A program made the position numbers and the translations under genes. Source: Dendrobates tinctorius (lineage: Eukaryota). Taken from it: a DNA stretch of 64,000 nt. The stretch is taken from contig NW_027361687.1 in NCBI RefSeq assembly GCF_039654945.1, positions 73,470,001-73,534,000 on the forward strand, written 5' to 3'. The notes under the pieces were generated by a model. That model saw only the letters and a program-made list of their open reading frames with translations, was not told the origin of the DNA and made no database searches. Positions within the stretch are counted from its first letter, which is position 1; the number at the start of each line of letters is the position of its first letter. This document shows positions 37,267 to 49,958 of this stretch, piece by piece.

Positions 37267-39734
37267 TTACAAATCTGTGTAGTGTGGGGTGGAAATACTG
37301 CTGGAGGGGCTGTGGGACACTTCGACACTGGGAGTGTGGAGAGAGGACTGGGATCGTGGTGGGGAAGGAACAGTTAGAGGTGAAGGTGTGGAAAAAGCTA
37401 CAGAATGGGTGGACATGTGGGAGGCAGAAGAGGTGGTGGGCGGTGGAGTGGAGGGATGGGCAGGGACTGTAGGAGCAGATGATGTTGATGGAAAGTTGTA
37501 TGGGGAAGGAGCTTGGTACGGTGAAGGAGTTTGGTACGGGGCAGGTTGCTGGAAGTGGGGAGATGTCTGGTACTGGGGAGGTTGCTGGTACTGGGGAGGT
37601 TGGTGGTACTGGGTAGGTGGCTGGTATGTAATAGAAGGGGGAGGATGGAAAGTGGCTGGAGGGGGTGCAGGTGGAGGAACTACTGGGGTGGGAGGAGGAG
37701 GTTGGGAGGTAACGTGCTGGAGAGCACCGTGGCATGAATGCATTACATGCATCTGCTGGGTAGAAGAGAGCGTTTCCATGCGCTCCACAACAGACCTGAA
37801 AAAGGTGTGGTTTGGTGAAGATCTTGCTTCTGAATGCATGGTTTGCAGAAGTGTCTTCAGTTCACCTCCAGAATGCTGGAGTTGATCTGCTGAAAGCCTG
37901 CGGAGATTTGCTCTGACAAGACTTTTAGACAGTTCTGGAAAGATGCATTCAGATGCAAGAACTCTGGCGCATAAGTCTTTTCCTGACCCCTCTGCCGCTG
38001 CTGCCCAGTACCCGCAGGTGTACTAGAGGTGGCAGGGGCAGAAGGGTGGGGTAAAGGGAAAGCGATCTCCTCACCAGCAGCTTCATGTAATGTAGGCGGC
38101 CACGATGCTCCTGTGCTGGTGGATGGGACAGATGGGTCGAATGTGTGGGAAGGCTGGGAAGGTGCAGATGTACCGTGGCGGTCGAAGTGTCCCTCGGTGC
38201 CGGTCTCCTCAGGGATCGCCTCAGAAGGGTCCAATCGTGCAGGCTCCCGAGTGCTGCTCACTGTGCTGTGGAATAAAGAGAAAAAAAAACAATTAAAATA
38301 GTGACATGGTATGGCCCTGGCTGAAAAAAAAAAGTTACATCTAAACATTTTTTTGTCACATGTGGTGTGTAATATTTACCTTCTGGTGACCATTGTATCC
38401 CGGAGGAACGACAGGGCTCGTGCGTACTTGTACTTGCTCCTGCGTCCTCCAGATCCACTCGGGGCCCGCATCTCTTTATTGAACTCCTTCTTGAAACGAT
38501 CCCTCACAGACCGCCACCGCTTCACAATTCTCTCCCCTGAAACGAGAAAGGACAAAGTGGTTAGTATACAACATCAGTGTTTCCCAAACTCCAGTCCTCA
38601 TGGTCCCCAGGGGTCATGTTTTCAGGATTTCCAAAGTAAATAGAAATCCTGAACACATGATCCGTGGGGACCACGAGGACTGGAGTTCGGGAAACACTGG
38701 TTTACATCAAGCAACCGGTACTGTATATACTTACGCTCTTTAATCTGGGCCCGAGCTTCGAGGTCCTCCCAGCGGCCCACAAGGAGCGAACAGATTTCCT
38801 CCCAGAGTCGTCGGGTAACGATCAGGTCAGCATGGCGGCGGTCAGCCATATTCCATATCAGCTCCCTTTCTCTGACGAGATCGATGAGGTGGTCCACATC
38901 AATTCCTCCATCCTCATCGTCTGAGTCGGGAGCACGCTGTGAAGGCTGTTAAAGTAAAATAGAAAAATAGCAAAATTAGTCCCCACACTTAAGACATGAA
39001 ATAAAAAGTGTACCAAAATTTAATTTAAATATTATACTTACACGCTGGTGACCGCCGCGTTGCTGTCGCCGACGACCCTGGGAGGCACTGCGAGGACCTC
39101 TTGGCCGAGCACCAGATTGGGAAGACTAGAGAAGAAAAGAAAAAAATTTATGTGTTTGGATGTAGGCATTTGTTTGCTGTGTGTGGTCTGCAGAACATTG
39201 TTTTCTATGTGTTGTGTGTAGTGTGATGTTGTGTTTCTGCGTTTGATGCAAAAAACTTACCAATTGTGAGCCCACTCCAGGTGTCTGTCCACCCCTTCCT
39301 TCTTCTTCTGAGAGCTCCTCTTCAGCTTGTGATTCCTGTTTTGAAATAAAAGGCAATGAATAGACATATATTACAGAGATGATGGATTTTTGAAATAAAA
39401 ACTTACTGTCAAACGCTGACGATGCGAGGGAGGGCTCCCAGAAGAAGATGTGCTGTCCTCTTGCTGGCCAGACTCCATGACTGTGGGTGGTGCTGTTGCT
39501 GCTGCCAGTGCTGCCACTGCTGCTGCTGCATCTCTTGGGCAGCTGTTGAATAAAGAGAAACAAAGGGCCAATGAATATCTTGAATGGGGGATTTGATAAT
39601 TACCGTCTCTCATCTGCTGCTGGACTCCCCTCCCGTTGTTCAGCATGCTGCTCCATTTGGGGTGGTGGTGGTGCTGATGGTGCTGCAGTGGTCTCCTGCC
39701 TTCTCCTTCGCCCGGTTGCTGTCTTGGGTGGCAT
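37267..39734 (-). pseudogene. Harbinger Myb/SANT (MADF-like) partner gene, 7 predicted exons, frameshift near 37860
   Basis: Exons 39734-39604, 39542-39407, 39335-39261, 39125-39042, 38945-38735, 38536-38380 and 38265-37267, all GT-AG and phase-compatible. MADF: LIDLVRERELIWN...LWEEI...VKRWRSVRDRFKKE. The first exons are less certain. Confidence 0.8.
38575..38699. mobile_element. 125-bp hAT-type MITE inside an intron of the Myb gene
   Basis: CAGTGTTTCCCAAACTCCAGTCCTC...GAGGACTGGAGTTCGGGAAACACTG, almost fully palindromic. TSD degenerate. Confidence 0.85.
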
Positions 39735-40164
39735 GTTGGGTGTGGCTGAGGGTCCCACTGTCATGCTTTTATATATGTGTCTTGTGGGCAGAGCTACTGA
39801 GCATGCTCAGACCCAAAAAAACGGATCCGGCGCATTGCGGCGCTCATAGGCTTTCATTGTGTGAAAAAGCCGGACACGCCGGATCCGGCGTATCCGGCTT
39901 TTTCGCCGGAGACAAAAAACGTAACAGTAAAACGTAAACGTTCCAGACGCCGGATTGCGACACATTGCCGGATCCGGCGAAAACCGAATGAAACACATGG
40001 CCATCCGGCCCGATCCGGCGCAAATGCAAGTCAATGGAGGGGAAACCGGATCCGACATTGCATTTCGCCGGATCCGGTTTTTGTCAAAAGTGCCGGATCG
40101 CGCCTGACGGCGAAAACCTGATGTGTGAAAGAGGCCTTAGGAGGTGCTGGTCAGGTTTTTTGTG

Positions 40165-40700
40165 TAGATATAGAGATAGATAGATAGATAGTCTACCTAT
40201 ATCTATCTCTATCTATCTATTTCTATCTAAGGCAGATATAGAGAGATAGATCGATAGATAGATAATAGTTAGACAGCTATAGAAAGATAGAAGGATAGAT
40301 ATAGAGATAGATGGACAGAAGATAGATAATGGATAAATAGATAGAGATAGATATAGATAGCTATAGAAAGATTGATAGATAGATATAGAGATAGATGGAT
40401 AGATAGATAATGGATAAATAGATAGATATAGCGATAGATAGTGATAGAGATATATAGATAGATATAGAGATAGATAAAGAGAGAGATCAAGAGATAGATA
40501 GATAATAGATAGATAATAGATAGAAAGACAGATAGAAATATATAGATAATAGAGAGATAGAGAGATAGATAAATAGAGATAGATAATAGAAAGATAGAGA
40601 TATATAGATATAGAGATAGATATAGAGATAGCTACATATACAGTAGATAGATATAGAGATAGAACGATACATATAGATAGAGGAGATAGATATAGATAGA
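40165..40700. repeat. Degenerate (ATAG)n microsatellite
   Basis: Continuous GATA/TAGA runs. Confidence 0.9.
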
Positions 40701-42075
40701 AAAAAACAAACAAACTACAATACTCACCTCTCCTCCTCGCTCCCACGCTGATTCCAGCGGCGGCTGTGCTTCAGTATGAGGAGCTGCCGTCTGCCAGACA
40801 CACAGCGGATGCGCTATGGTAACGTCATCGCGCATCGGCTGTGAGTCAGAAGCAGAGGGGACTGATCGGAGAGAGACGCGTCATCTGTCGCTCTCTCTTC
40901 CATTACAATTAACGGCGGCCCCAGCCCTCACTTACTGGGCGTGGGAAGCAGTGAATATTCATTTCTCTTTAGCAGCGGGGACAGGGGCTCCTGCCTCCTG
41001 TTACCCGCTGCTCCTACCAGGGCCCTCTGGAGAATCCTCCGGTTCTTTTGTGGGCCAGTCCGACCCTGTGTATTATTGTTCATTATAGCCCTTTACTTCT
41101 TCTGAATCCTATCCTCCACTACCTCCTCAAAAGAGTAAAGATGGAGGCCAACAGCTGCTTGCCTTCTTGATAAGTTTGTTGAGCTTATTAGTGTCAGCTA
41201 CTCGCACACCGCTGCCCCAGCATATGATAGCAAAAAAGATGGCGCTTGCTGCAACGGACTGGTAGAACATTTCCAGCATTTTACTGCACACATTGAACGA
41301 CCTGAGCTTCCACAGAAAGTACAGTCTGCTCATTCCCTTCTTGTGAACCTTCTCTGTGTGACACCTCCAATCAAGTTTGCTGTCAAGGTGAAAACCCAAA
41401 TATTTGTAGGTCTCAACCATCTCCAACTCCTGGGCAGCAATAGTGATCGGTAAGTAATCATCCTTTTTCCTTCTATAACTCACCACCATCTCCTTGGTTT
41501 TCTTTACATTTAGTTCTAGACAGTTAGTCTGGCACCAATCTACAAAGTCAGAAACCACCCTTCTATATTCCCCTTCCCCCCGGCCCCCCACAGTGCCCCC
41601 TACAATACTGAGTCATCTGAGAATTTTTGGAGGTGACAGAGATCTGATTTATACTGAAAGTCCGCTGTATACAATTTGAAGAGGAAGGGTGACAGCACTG
41701 TACCCTGAGGGGCTCCCACCCTGCTCCCTACACTGCCAGATACCACCTCCCCCATCCTTACAAACTGTGGCCTCTCCGTCAGGTAGTCATTTATCTAGTT
41801 CACCATCCCCTGATCCACTGCCATATCAGTCACCTTATGTAGTAAGAGCGGCTGTAAGGTATTGAAAGCACTAGAGAAGTCAAAGAACATGGAGCGCACT
41901 GCAGTTCCATCATTGTCCAAGAATGAATGTACTGTATGTAGCAGAGACACTACAGCATCATCCACCCCTAATCTCTGCTGGTACGCAAACTGTAGGGGGT
42001 CAGAAAAAGCCCTCACCCTCAGGCGCAAGAAGGCGAGTATTATTCTCTCCAAGGACTTCATAGCATGCGATGTTA

Positions 42076-42270
42076 TTAATCTTTATTATTAATCTTTATT
42101 TTTATATAGCGCTAACATATTCCACAGCGCTTTACAGTTTACACATATTATCAACGCTGTTCCCCTTGGGGCTCACAATCTAAATTCCCTAACAGTATGT
42201 CTTTGGAATGTGGGAGGAAACCGGAGTACCCGGAGGAAACCCACGCAAACACGGGGAGAACATACAAACT
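42076..42270 (-). mobile_element. 5'-truncated V-SINE inserted in the Rex1 ORF
   Basis: Minus-strand V-domain GTTTGTATGTTCTCCCCGTGTTTGCGTGGGTTTCCTCCGGGTACTCCGGTTTCCTCCCACA and tail GCGCTATATAAAAATAAAG-(ATTAATA)n. It splits the RPVAL|TSH motif. Confidence 0.88.
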
Positions 42271-42550
42271 TAAGGCCACTGGACGATATTCTTGTAGGGA
42301 AGTTGGAAAAGTGGTCTTAGGAACCGGCAACAGGCAGGTGGTCTTCCACAGTTCTGGTACAGCCTGTGATTGAAGGCTCCAGTAAAACAGGGTCTGGAAG
42401 ACAGTACACAGTTGGTTTGCACACGCTCTGAGGACACGTGGACTGAGGCCATCAGGCCCATCTGCTTTGCCAATAACTAATCTACTAAACTGTTTCCCCA
42501 CATGTATAGTGTAAATATTGAAATCTGTTTGGTCGGGATGACCAAATTTT

Positions 42551-43678
42551 AGGAAAGGAGAAATGTAAGGGATTGAGCAGAATATCCCTTTAATGCCACC
42601 TTCCCTTTAAGGAGTTCTAAAGTAATATATAGAGTAATATATATTGTAAATAATGTACAGATCTCATGATGTTTTGGTACTGCTACAGTATGGTGTATTA
42701 CCCCATGTTCATTGGTACTGCCATTTTATGTGTTACCATGATATATTATATTATATTATATTATATTGTATTGTATTGTATGCCATATATTGATGAATAG
42801 GGTAAGCCAGTGCATCCTTCGCGTTCAATAGTGGAGGGCACTGTTAGTATATAGTTCCATAGAGTGGGTAAGCATAGTTCTGTTGTGGGCCACTAGATGG
42901 TATACTAGGGTATACTAGTGGTTCTTGTTAGGTATAGTTGATAGGTTCACATAATGGTTAACTGTAGGAGGAGCTGCTATGGGTTAAGCAAGTGTAGGTT
43001 ATAGGAATTAGTCAGAAGTCGAGCACGCCCAACAAGTCCACAAGGGCTCTAAGCCCAGAATGCCATAGCAGCTACGCAACATTGTGGAAAAGCAGAAAAG
43101 CACAGGCACAGTCAGACAGGTGCTGGATAAGATCGGAGCACTCGGGGAAATTACAGTTTATGACAGCAGTAAGAATGGAACGGAAGTAGTGGTCCAAGAG
43201 TCGTGCAGGGCGCAGAGTATTCACCATGTGGCAGATCTTAAATAGGGCTGAAGCCTACAAGTCTGAAGCGAAGCGGATGAATGGGATCGCCTATATCTTG
43301 AGGTCCTACAGGAGTGACACTGCAGTACCGCCAAGGGCGCTAATACCCTGGAATGTGTGTGAGGATACAGAAAGTAAGCAAGGGAAAGTGCAGGAGGAGG
43401 AATGCTTTGTGAACTGTAATGTAACTGATGTGTCCGGGACCATTGAAGAAGAAAGTAAAATTGTAGATTTGGCATCAGAACCAGTATCTGTGTCCGTTAT
43501 TTCAACCCTGAGCACTGGAACCAAGTGTGCAGGAGCTGGGTCGCATCGCAGTGGAATCCCTGACCATGGACCAGCACCCCAAACAGGTACGCCGGTAGAA
43601 GCTGATGGTTTTTCTGTGGGAGGAGGTCAGGACACTAGAGCCCCGGTGCTGCGACTACCATCCTGGCCCCCTCTTACA
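42551..43678 (+). mobile_element. Polypurine tract plus 3' LTR (42564-43678) of a Gypsy-like element
   Basis: AGGAAAGGAGAAA then TGTAAG...CTTACA. The 3' end GACTACCATCCTG..TCTTACA resembles the end of the LTR at 43972 on the minus strand. Confidence 0.65.
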
Positions 43679-43971
43679 CCGTCATGCTTCAGTAGAGCCT
43701 ACTGAAGACTCCCTTCTCTTTATATATTCCAAGCAATTTGCTGTTTCAAGTCTCTTCTTGGGACTAAAACCCTCAAATAACCATAAAAAATGTAAAAAAA
43801 AATACCCTCAACTATAAAAATAGAAAACCCTAAAAAATTTAAAGGTATTTGGTTAGTGTTGTGTACATAAAATATCAATATATCAAAATATAAAATGAAT
43901 GAACCCATAACGAAATGCTGAAAGCAAAAAACAATTTTAACATCAGAATTGCTGTTTTACAATTGTTAATG

Positions 43972-45000
43972 TGTAAGATAGTCAGGGTGGTAGTCATGGC
44001 AATGGGCTGGTCTGTTCACACACCCTGGCACCCCACAGATGAAATGTAAAGTCCTTTCTGACCCCAGCACACTTACAGGTTCTGTCAGATTCCCCTCCGC
44101 TGCTGTCATGTCGGCTCTGCATCCATGAGCTCCACAAATTACTTCAGAGACAAGGTCTTTTTCCATCAGCTTAACTTTACTAGACAGCAGCATATTCATT
44201 ACACGGGCAGCACAATTCACACAGAGCCATGTATTTTGCACTTTCCCTGCCTTCTGGGCAGACTCTGTTCCTTTTGTACTCTCTCTCCTTTTCCTCCCAG
44301 CATTCGCTACGTATCTCTAGTCAAACTCTGTTCTGTCCTTGCCTTCCTTTTACCTGCCATCTAGGCAGCCTTTTTGAACAGTTCGTGTCCTATCTGTGCC
44401 TTCCACGTCAACAGCTCCCTGTCAGCCCCTAGTCCGGTTCCAATTGAGAAACGTGCCAGGAATGCTATCTTAGCTGCTCCTGCTCCAGTCTTAGACCCTA
44501 GGTCCATCTTGAGGATGATCCTATTGAGCTGGTGCCTGTATGCACTATTCTCCAGCCTGGGGCCCCTTCCTGCAACAGCAGCTTTATCCCCATGGCCTGC
44601 AACTCTCTGCTCCACTGCTTCTCACATGCCCTGCCCTGGGCAAGGATGCCCGGGCTACTGCCTCTAATCAAGAAGTCCTTCTCCTATATCCCTGTGGCTC
44701 TGCACTGCTCTGTGGCTCCTCCCAGCTACTTAACCCTTATGCTGCCTGTACCTTACTAACAATCCTATCTATTCTATGCTATCCTATCTCTATGATACCC
44801 CCCTCTACTCTAATCCCCTATGGTCCTATACTATCCTTAAGCTTAGGCACAATACATAACAAATGCACCACATTACAGTACATGACAATAACAGTAGGAA
44901 GCCACACATTACATTAATAAACAATGAGGTGCTGCACGCAATTCTGTGAGCAGCTACTAGGGGAGAGGAGGCTCGTGAGGGTCCCCACCACCTCCTTACA
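43972..45000 (-). mobile_element. Solo LTR, 1029 bp
   Basis: TGTAAG...CTTACA termini with exact 4-bp TSD AATG (43968-43971 and 45001-45004). Confidence 0.88.
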
Positions 45001-46188
45001 AATGTTCCCCTAAAAAATTGCAATAAAAAGAGACGAAAATGTCATAATTACCCAAAAATGGAATCAATGAAAAGACAGCCTACCATGCAGAAAACAAGCC
45101 CCTATACAGATCCATCGATGGAAAAATTAAAAGGCCACAGGTCACAGAAGAAAAAGCCCTCATATGGGTAAGTTGGCACAAAAATAACAAAAAGTCATAG
45201 ACAAAGGGGAGGAAAAAATGAAACCCAAAAGTGAAAAATGGCTCTGAAGAAAAGGGGTTCAAAAACAGAAAATCCAGAATCATCTGAAGAATATTCACCA
45301 GATAATGTAGGCGGGGAGGGTGTACCGGATGTATTCCAAGGGCAGGCCTCCCGATGTGCGGTAGCATTTTCTCATACTCTTTTTTTTTTTGGAGAGCTAA
45401 ATTTAATTTGTTGGTTTTGAGATATCCTGGATTCTCACCTCCGCAGATAAACATAAATGTGACCAAAATAACTGCAGGCAACATCATTAAAATTGTCTTC
45501 GTCTTGTTTTCTCTGCAACCAACACAAAATCGGAAAGATTGATACCACACAGGAGCGTCATCCACCCTGGGCGGTGAAAGCTCTGTATACTATTTGATCC
45601 TTTTGACAACTTTAATACTCAAAATACTCAGGCTTTCTTATTGTAAAGGCCTCCGGGACGCCTGTCCATGTATCCTCTCTGCATAATATAGAGATGCTTC
45701 TTTAACCCTTTCATGACTGTGACTGTTTTGGGTCTTGGTGCCCACAGCAAAATCTCACTTTTTGGTATGCAGTTATTTAGAGCTGATTTTTTTTTTATTT
45801 CTTAGTTTACCCCAATTTTTATTTTTATTGCTTTCTTACTATTGATTATTGCAGTTGATATAGTATCATTGTGTCTTTTTTTTTTTTAAAGGAAAAAGCA
45901 AAACATCTCTATATTTTTCCAAATAAATCCACTAGCTCCCTCATACTTGGTAATGAAAAACACATTTTTGTGATGAACTACAGTGCCAAAGTTACGGGCT
46001 TACTTGATGAAGTGGATTTTTTAAGCCATAGGTCATGTTGATCAGCACCGACAAAAGGTGATGATGCAGTAGGTTTGACTAGCAGCATGGCACATGGAAT
46101 AGCAGAGATGTGTAGGCAGTCTGCAACTTTGCTGCTAGAGTGCAGAAGCAGAAAGGAGCAGCAGAGTGAAAGGCGTGAATAGCAGTGA

Positions 46189-46886
46189 GGCTAAGTGCAC
46201 ACGTACCGGAACTCTCGCGGAAATTACCGCGAGAATTCCGGAATTCCATTCCGCGGGAAAATCGCATTTTAAATTCCCGCGGAAAAACTAGCATTTTGCA
46301 AGCGTATTTAGCTTGCAAAATGCTAGCGTTTTCCAAGCGATCTGCAGCATCGCTTGGAGAACTGATTGACAGGTTGTCACACTCATCAAACATAGTGTTT
46401 GACGAGTGTGACCAACTTTTTACTACTGAGGCCGCCTATGCGGCATCAGTAGTAAAAGATAGAATGTAAAAAAAAATAAAAAATGGTGTTATTCTCACCT
46501 TCCGGCGTCCCACGCATCCGTTCCCAGTAATCCTTTGCGAAATATGGTACCCAGAGCCCGGAGGACAGTCTCCTCTCCTCCGGACCGTGGGTACCATCCG
46601 CAATTGTTCTGCTTACTTTCCACATGATGTGCACAGCCACATGCGGGAAGTAAGTGGAACAATGTATTCCTATGGGTGCGGGATCACCGCGATTCCGCAA
46701 ATTAATGAGCATGCTGCGTTTTTTACCGCAAAGCGATTCCGCCGCGGTAAAAACCGCAGCATTAGCACAGCATTGCGGAATCCCATAGGAATGCATGGGA
46801 TGCTTATTTTTCGCGGTTTCGCGGCAAAATCGCGCGGTTAAAACCACCGCAGAAACGCGAAAAAAACGCCACGTGTGAACTCAGCC
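46189..46886. mobile_element. Harbinger/Tourist-type MITE
   Basis: TGA|GGCTAAGTGCACACGT ... ACGTGTGAACTCAGCC|TAA, with CCGCGG-rich subterminal repeats. Confidence 0.85.
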
Positions 46887-47265
46887 TAAGGCCGGAGTCA
46901 CACTGGCGAGGAATACGGGTGCGTGAGAGGCGCAAAAAGCGCGCATTAGACACGGACCAATGATTCTCTATGGGGTCACTCGCACCAGGCGTATATTTCT
47001 CCTCCGTATCCTACGCTCCGTGCCACTCGCAGCATGCTGCGATTGTCAGCGTACTACGCCCGTAGCACGCCAATGCAAGTCAATGGGTGCGCAAAAAATA
47101 CGGATTACACACTGACCACACGTGTGACCTGCGAGCAATACGCAGGTCTTTTGGCTGGTGACAGGAAATGGGCCAATCCATCATCAGTAAGCGTAGACAT
47201 GCAAATGAGCTCAAAAAGCGCTCCAGACATCCAGGAAGTACACCTCCACGGAGTACAGCAACAGC

Positions 47266-49030
47266 ATGGCGTTCACTTACATAAATGTGGAGATGCAAAT
47301 TGTGCTGGTGCAGGAGCGTCCAGAAATATGGGACCCACGCGACGCAAACTATGCGAACCGCACACGAAAGGAGGCGTCATGGAGGCGCATCTGTCGCCAG
47401 ATGTACCATGACTTCGGTGACAGACCACGTGAGGAGCAGCAGAAAATTCGTAAGTGCAACCATAAAAATATAATTAACGTTAGCGCGCGCTATAAAATGA
47501 CTCTACAATCAGCCCCCCCCTTCCTGGGCATGTAATTTTAGCCTCATGAGGCCGTTACATTAGGATGTGACACGTGGATTCACACAGCCATAATTAGGGG
47601 TTAGGCCACAAGCTCCTCATCCTCCTAGCCACAAAAATTATTTTCAGGGGAGCTAATGAGACCCTGGGTATCGGCCCAATTACATATGCCACCATGGGTA
47701 GAACGCACACCCCATAAGGCCCCATGCCTAGACTACTGTTTGAAAATGTGACCTCTCAAATATGTGATTTTGACAATCTTTCCTGTCACATTGCAGTGGA
47801 AGATGTGATGAAACAGTGGAGAAGCATCCGGGACCAATACCGCCGGGAACGCCAGCAGCGGTCCAGGAGTGGGGATGCTGGCCATGTAAAGCGGAAATAT
47901 ATATATTATGACCGGCTGAACTTCCTCGCCCCAATTCTGGCTCTGAGACCGTAAGTACATACCTCACACCACATGACACAAAAACATTACACAAATACTT
48001 TACAGGGACAAAAATATTGATATATTTTTGCCTCTGTTCTATTTCATAACAGAACTCAATCCAACCTTACGGATCGAGGAACGGCCTTAGAGGCAGAGCC
48101 CGTTATTGATCCTGTAGGGGATGAGGTGGCTGGCCCATCTTCTCCCCCTACAAGAAGGATGTCTGAAGAGGAGGCATCACAAGAGCACACAATGGCTGCC
48201 CGACAAAACACACCACCAGGACGGTCTGCAGCTGCAACCTCACCCATCCTGGAAGAGATGGGCAACTTGAGCAGCAGCCCAACTGCCCAGATCAGGCCCT
48301 CCCCACAGGCTGCTCTAGCAACACGGCGAATAAGAAGAAGGCGCCAGGTCGCCATTCAAGAGAGCAGGACCAATGTGGACACTGGGGTGCTGAATTACCT
48401 GTCCAGAGTCACTACAGATGATGGTGAGGAGGCCTATGCACGTAGCCTCACCCTTTATCTCCGTGCCCTTACCCGTGAGGTCAGGCTCCGTATTAGGGGG
48501 TGTATTCAGATCCTGCTTGATGCAAGCACCCCCCCAATACCCCATATGAGGTGTTTGAATTTCTGGACAGGTGGCAGCTCTCACCAAGAAATTTAATGCG
48601 CATGAGACCATCCACACAGATGCTTGCTCAAGCAGGGTCTGAACAGCCCCTAATACGTGGGCCAACACCTCAACCCCTTCCTCCCCCTACCCATCGTTCT
48701 ATTCCGCAGCCCCAAATGTCTTCAGCAAGCCAACCCCACCAATATGGCCACTTGTACCCACCCAGTGTTGGAGGCTGGTCCCAACCTGGTTGGGGATGAT
48801 CTGGCTATCTTGGTGGGTATGAGCCACGGGCCTACCAGAGCCAACAAGAAGCCCCTCACCATCATAATTATTACTCTGGGCAGTATCACCAACAGGCCCA
48901 GGAGGCTGGACAACAACAGCATCATGGGCAACAGTATGGCCCCACACAGGGTGATGTTGGCCACAATGTCCAGCAGCACCCCCAGGCTGTTCCTCCCCGT
49001 TCCCCTTCCCCTACATATGAGGATTTATGA
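47266..49030 (+). pseudogene. Harbinger Myb/SANT (MADF-like) gene; exons 47266-47449, 47797-47950, 48053-49030
   Basis: IVLVQERPEIWD...WRRIC...|VMKQWRSIRDQYRRE...KYIYYDRLNFL. GT-AG and phase-compatible. Frameshift near 48535, TGA at 48797-48799, ends PTYEDL*. Confidence 0.85.
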
Positions 49031-49958
49031 ATCCAAACTTTGGAGATGTCCAGTGACATGTAACTGGTGCTTCTAATCTAGAGAAAAAAACAGGTGTTCT
49101 CCATCACCAACATTTAGAACATAATTTAACACTCACATTTGTAAACAATGTTTCCCAAACATATGAAACAATCCATCATGACAGGCAACGCTACCTCACG
49201 CCTTTCACACAGATATTACATGTGTGTATAAAAGAGAATATTTAAATGCGCTATACTGTTACCTGAAAGGATGAAAATACACTAATCACTTGTTAATGCA
49301 TAGGAAAGGTGTGCTTGCCTTTAGTTAAGTAGTCAACTTTGTTATTAGCATTCTCTAGTAAACCAATTTGAGGCGAACAGCATTCACAATATCACGCTCT
49401 CTCTATGTCTTAACAAGTGAGTTTTGTATTTTTTTCCTTTCCAGTATAGCATGCTTAAATATTGTCTGTTCTACAGACAGGTAATATCTGTGTGAAAGAT
49501 GTGAGGTAGCCTTGCCTGTCATGGTGGAATCTTTCTATGTTTGGAAAACATTATGAGGAAATGTGAGTGTTATCTTATTGACTTTATTTTGGTGATGGAG
49601 CTCACCCTTTGTTGCCTAATCCAGGTTAATGTAGGCATGCAGCAATGTTGTTATTGCATAATGTTTGTTGCAGTTATTTTCTGTTATGTTAATGTTACAT
49701 CAAGTTAACGAAGGCCCAAAGGGTCATTTTGGCCATTGCCAAATTTGTGTGATGGCAAAATTATGTTTGCCTTTAAGCAAAAACCAAAAAACAAAAAGGC
49801 AAAACTAAAAATGTGTCTACTCTAGTTAACGTCTCTGTGTGATTTCTCACTATCCCTCACAACATACTAACAGACACCAACCAATGCAAAGAAACACTCA
49901 TAGAATCATAACAAGGCTTGAGTAATATATATTTAGACACACTTTGAACCAAAAATAA

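Larger units (their letters stand above)
35113..40136 (+). mobile_element. Full-length PIF/Harbinger element A
   Basis: TSD TTA (35110-35112 and 40137-40139), TIR GGC(TA/CT)CTTTCACACATCAGGTTTTCG(G/C)CGTCAGGCGCG, subterminal CCGGATCCGG arrays, and convergent transposase and Myb/MADF genes. Confidence 0.95.
33821..41068. mobile_element. hAT non-autonomous element carrying mini/microsatellites and nested insertions
   Basis: TIR CAG(C/G)GTCGGACTGG with exact 8-bp TSD TGTATTAT (33813-33820 and 41069-41076). Confidence 0.92.
33469..42500 (-). mobile_element. Rex1/Babar-like non-LTR retrotransposon, 5'-truncated and split (33469-33820 and 41069-42500)
   Basis: Minus-strand GKADGPDG, PVPK...YRPVALTS..MK, DPLQFAY, FFDFSSAFNT, GAPQGTVLSPFLF, QKFSDDS, LNVKKTKEMVV, YKYLG, HPLYELF...SFVP. 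3' end AATAAAG followed by (GTATC)n. Confidence 0.88.

Noticed and set aside
37289-37885. 198-aa Gly/Trp-rich ORF on the plus strand
   Set aside because: Antisense shadow of the Pro/Gln-rich Myb exon.
40213-40746. 177-aa hydrophobic ORF
   Set aside because: Translation of the (ATAG)n microsatellite.
43226-43705. 159-aa ORF
   Set aside because: It lies within an LTR, crosses its end, and has no domain.
43745-45260. Old TTAA-element remnant around the 43972 LTR
   Set aside because: A-rich similarity and an AAGGGGTT end are suggestive, but boundaries and TSD cannot be established.
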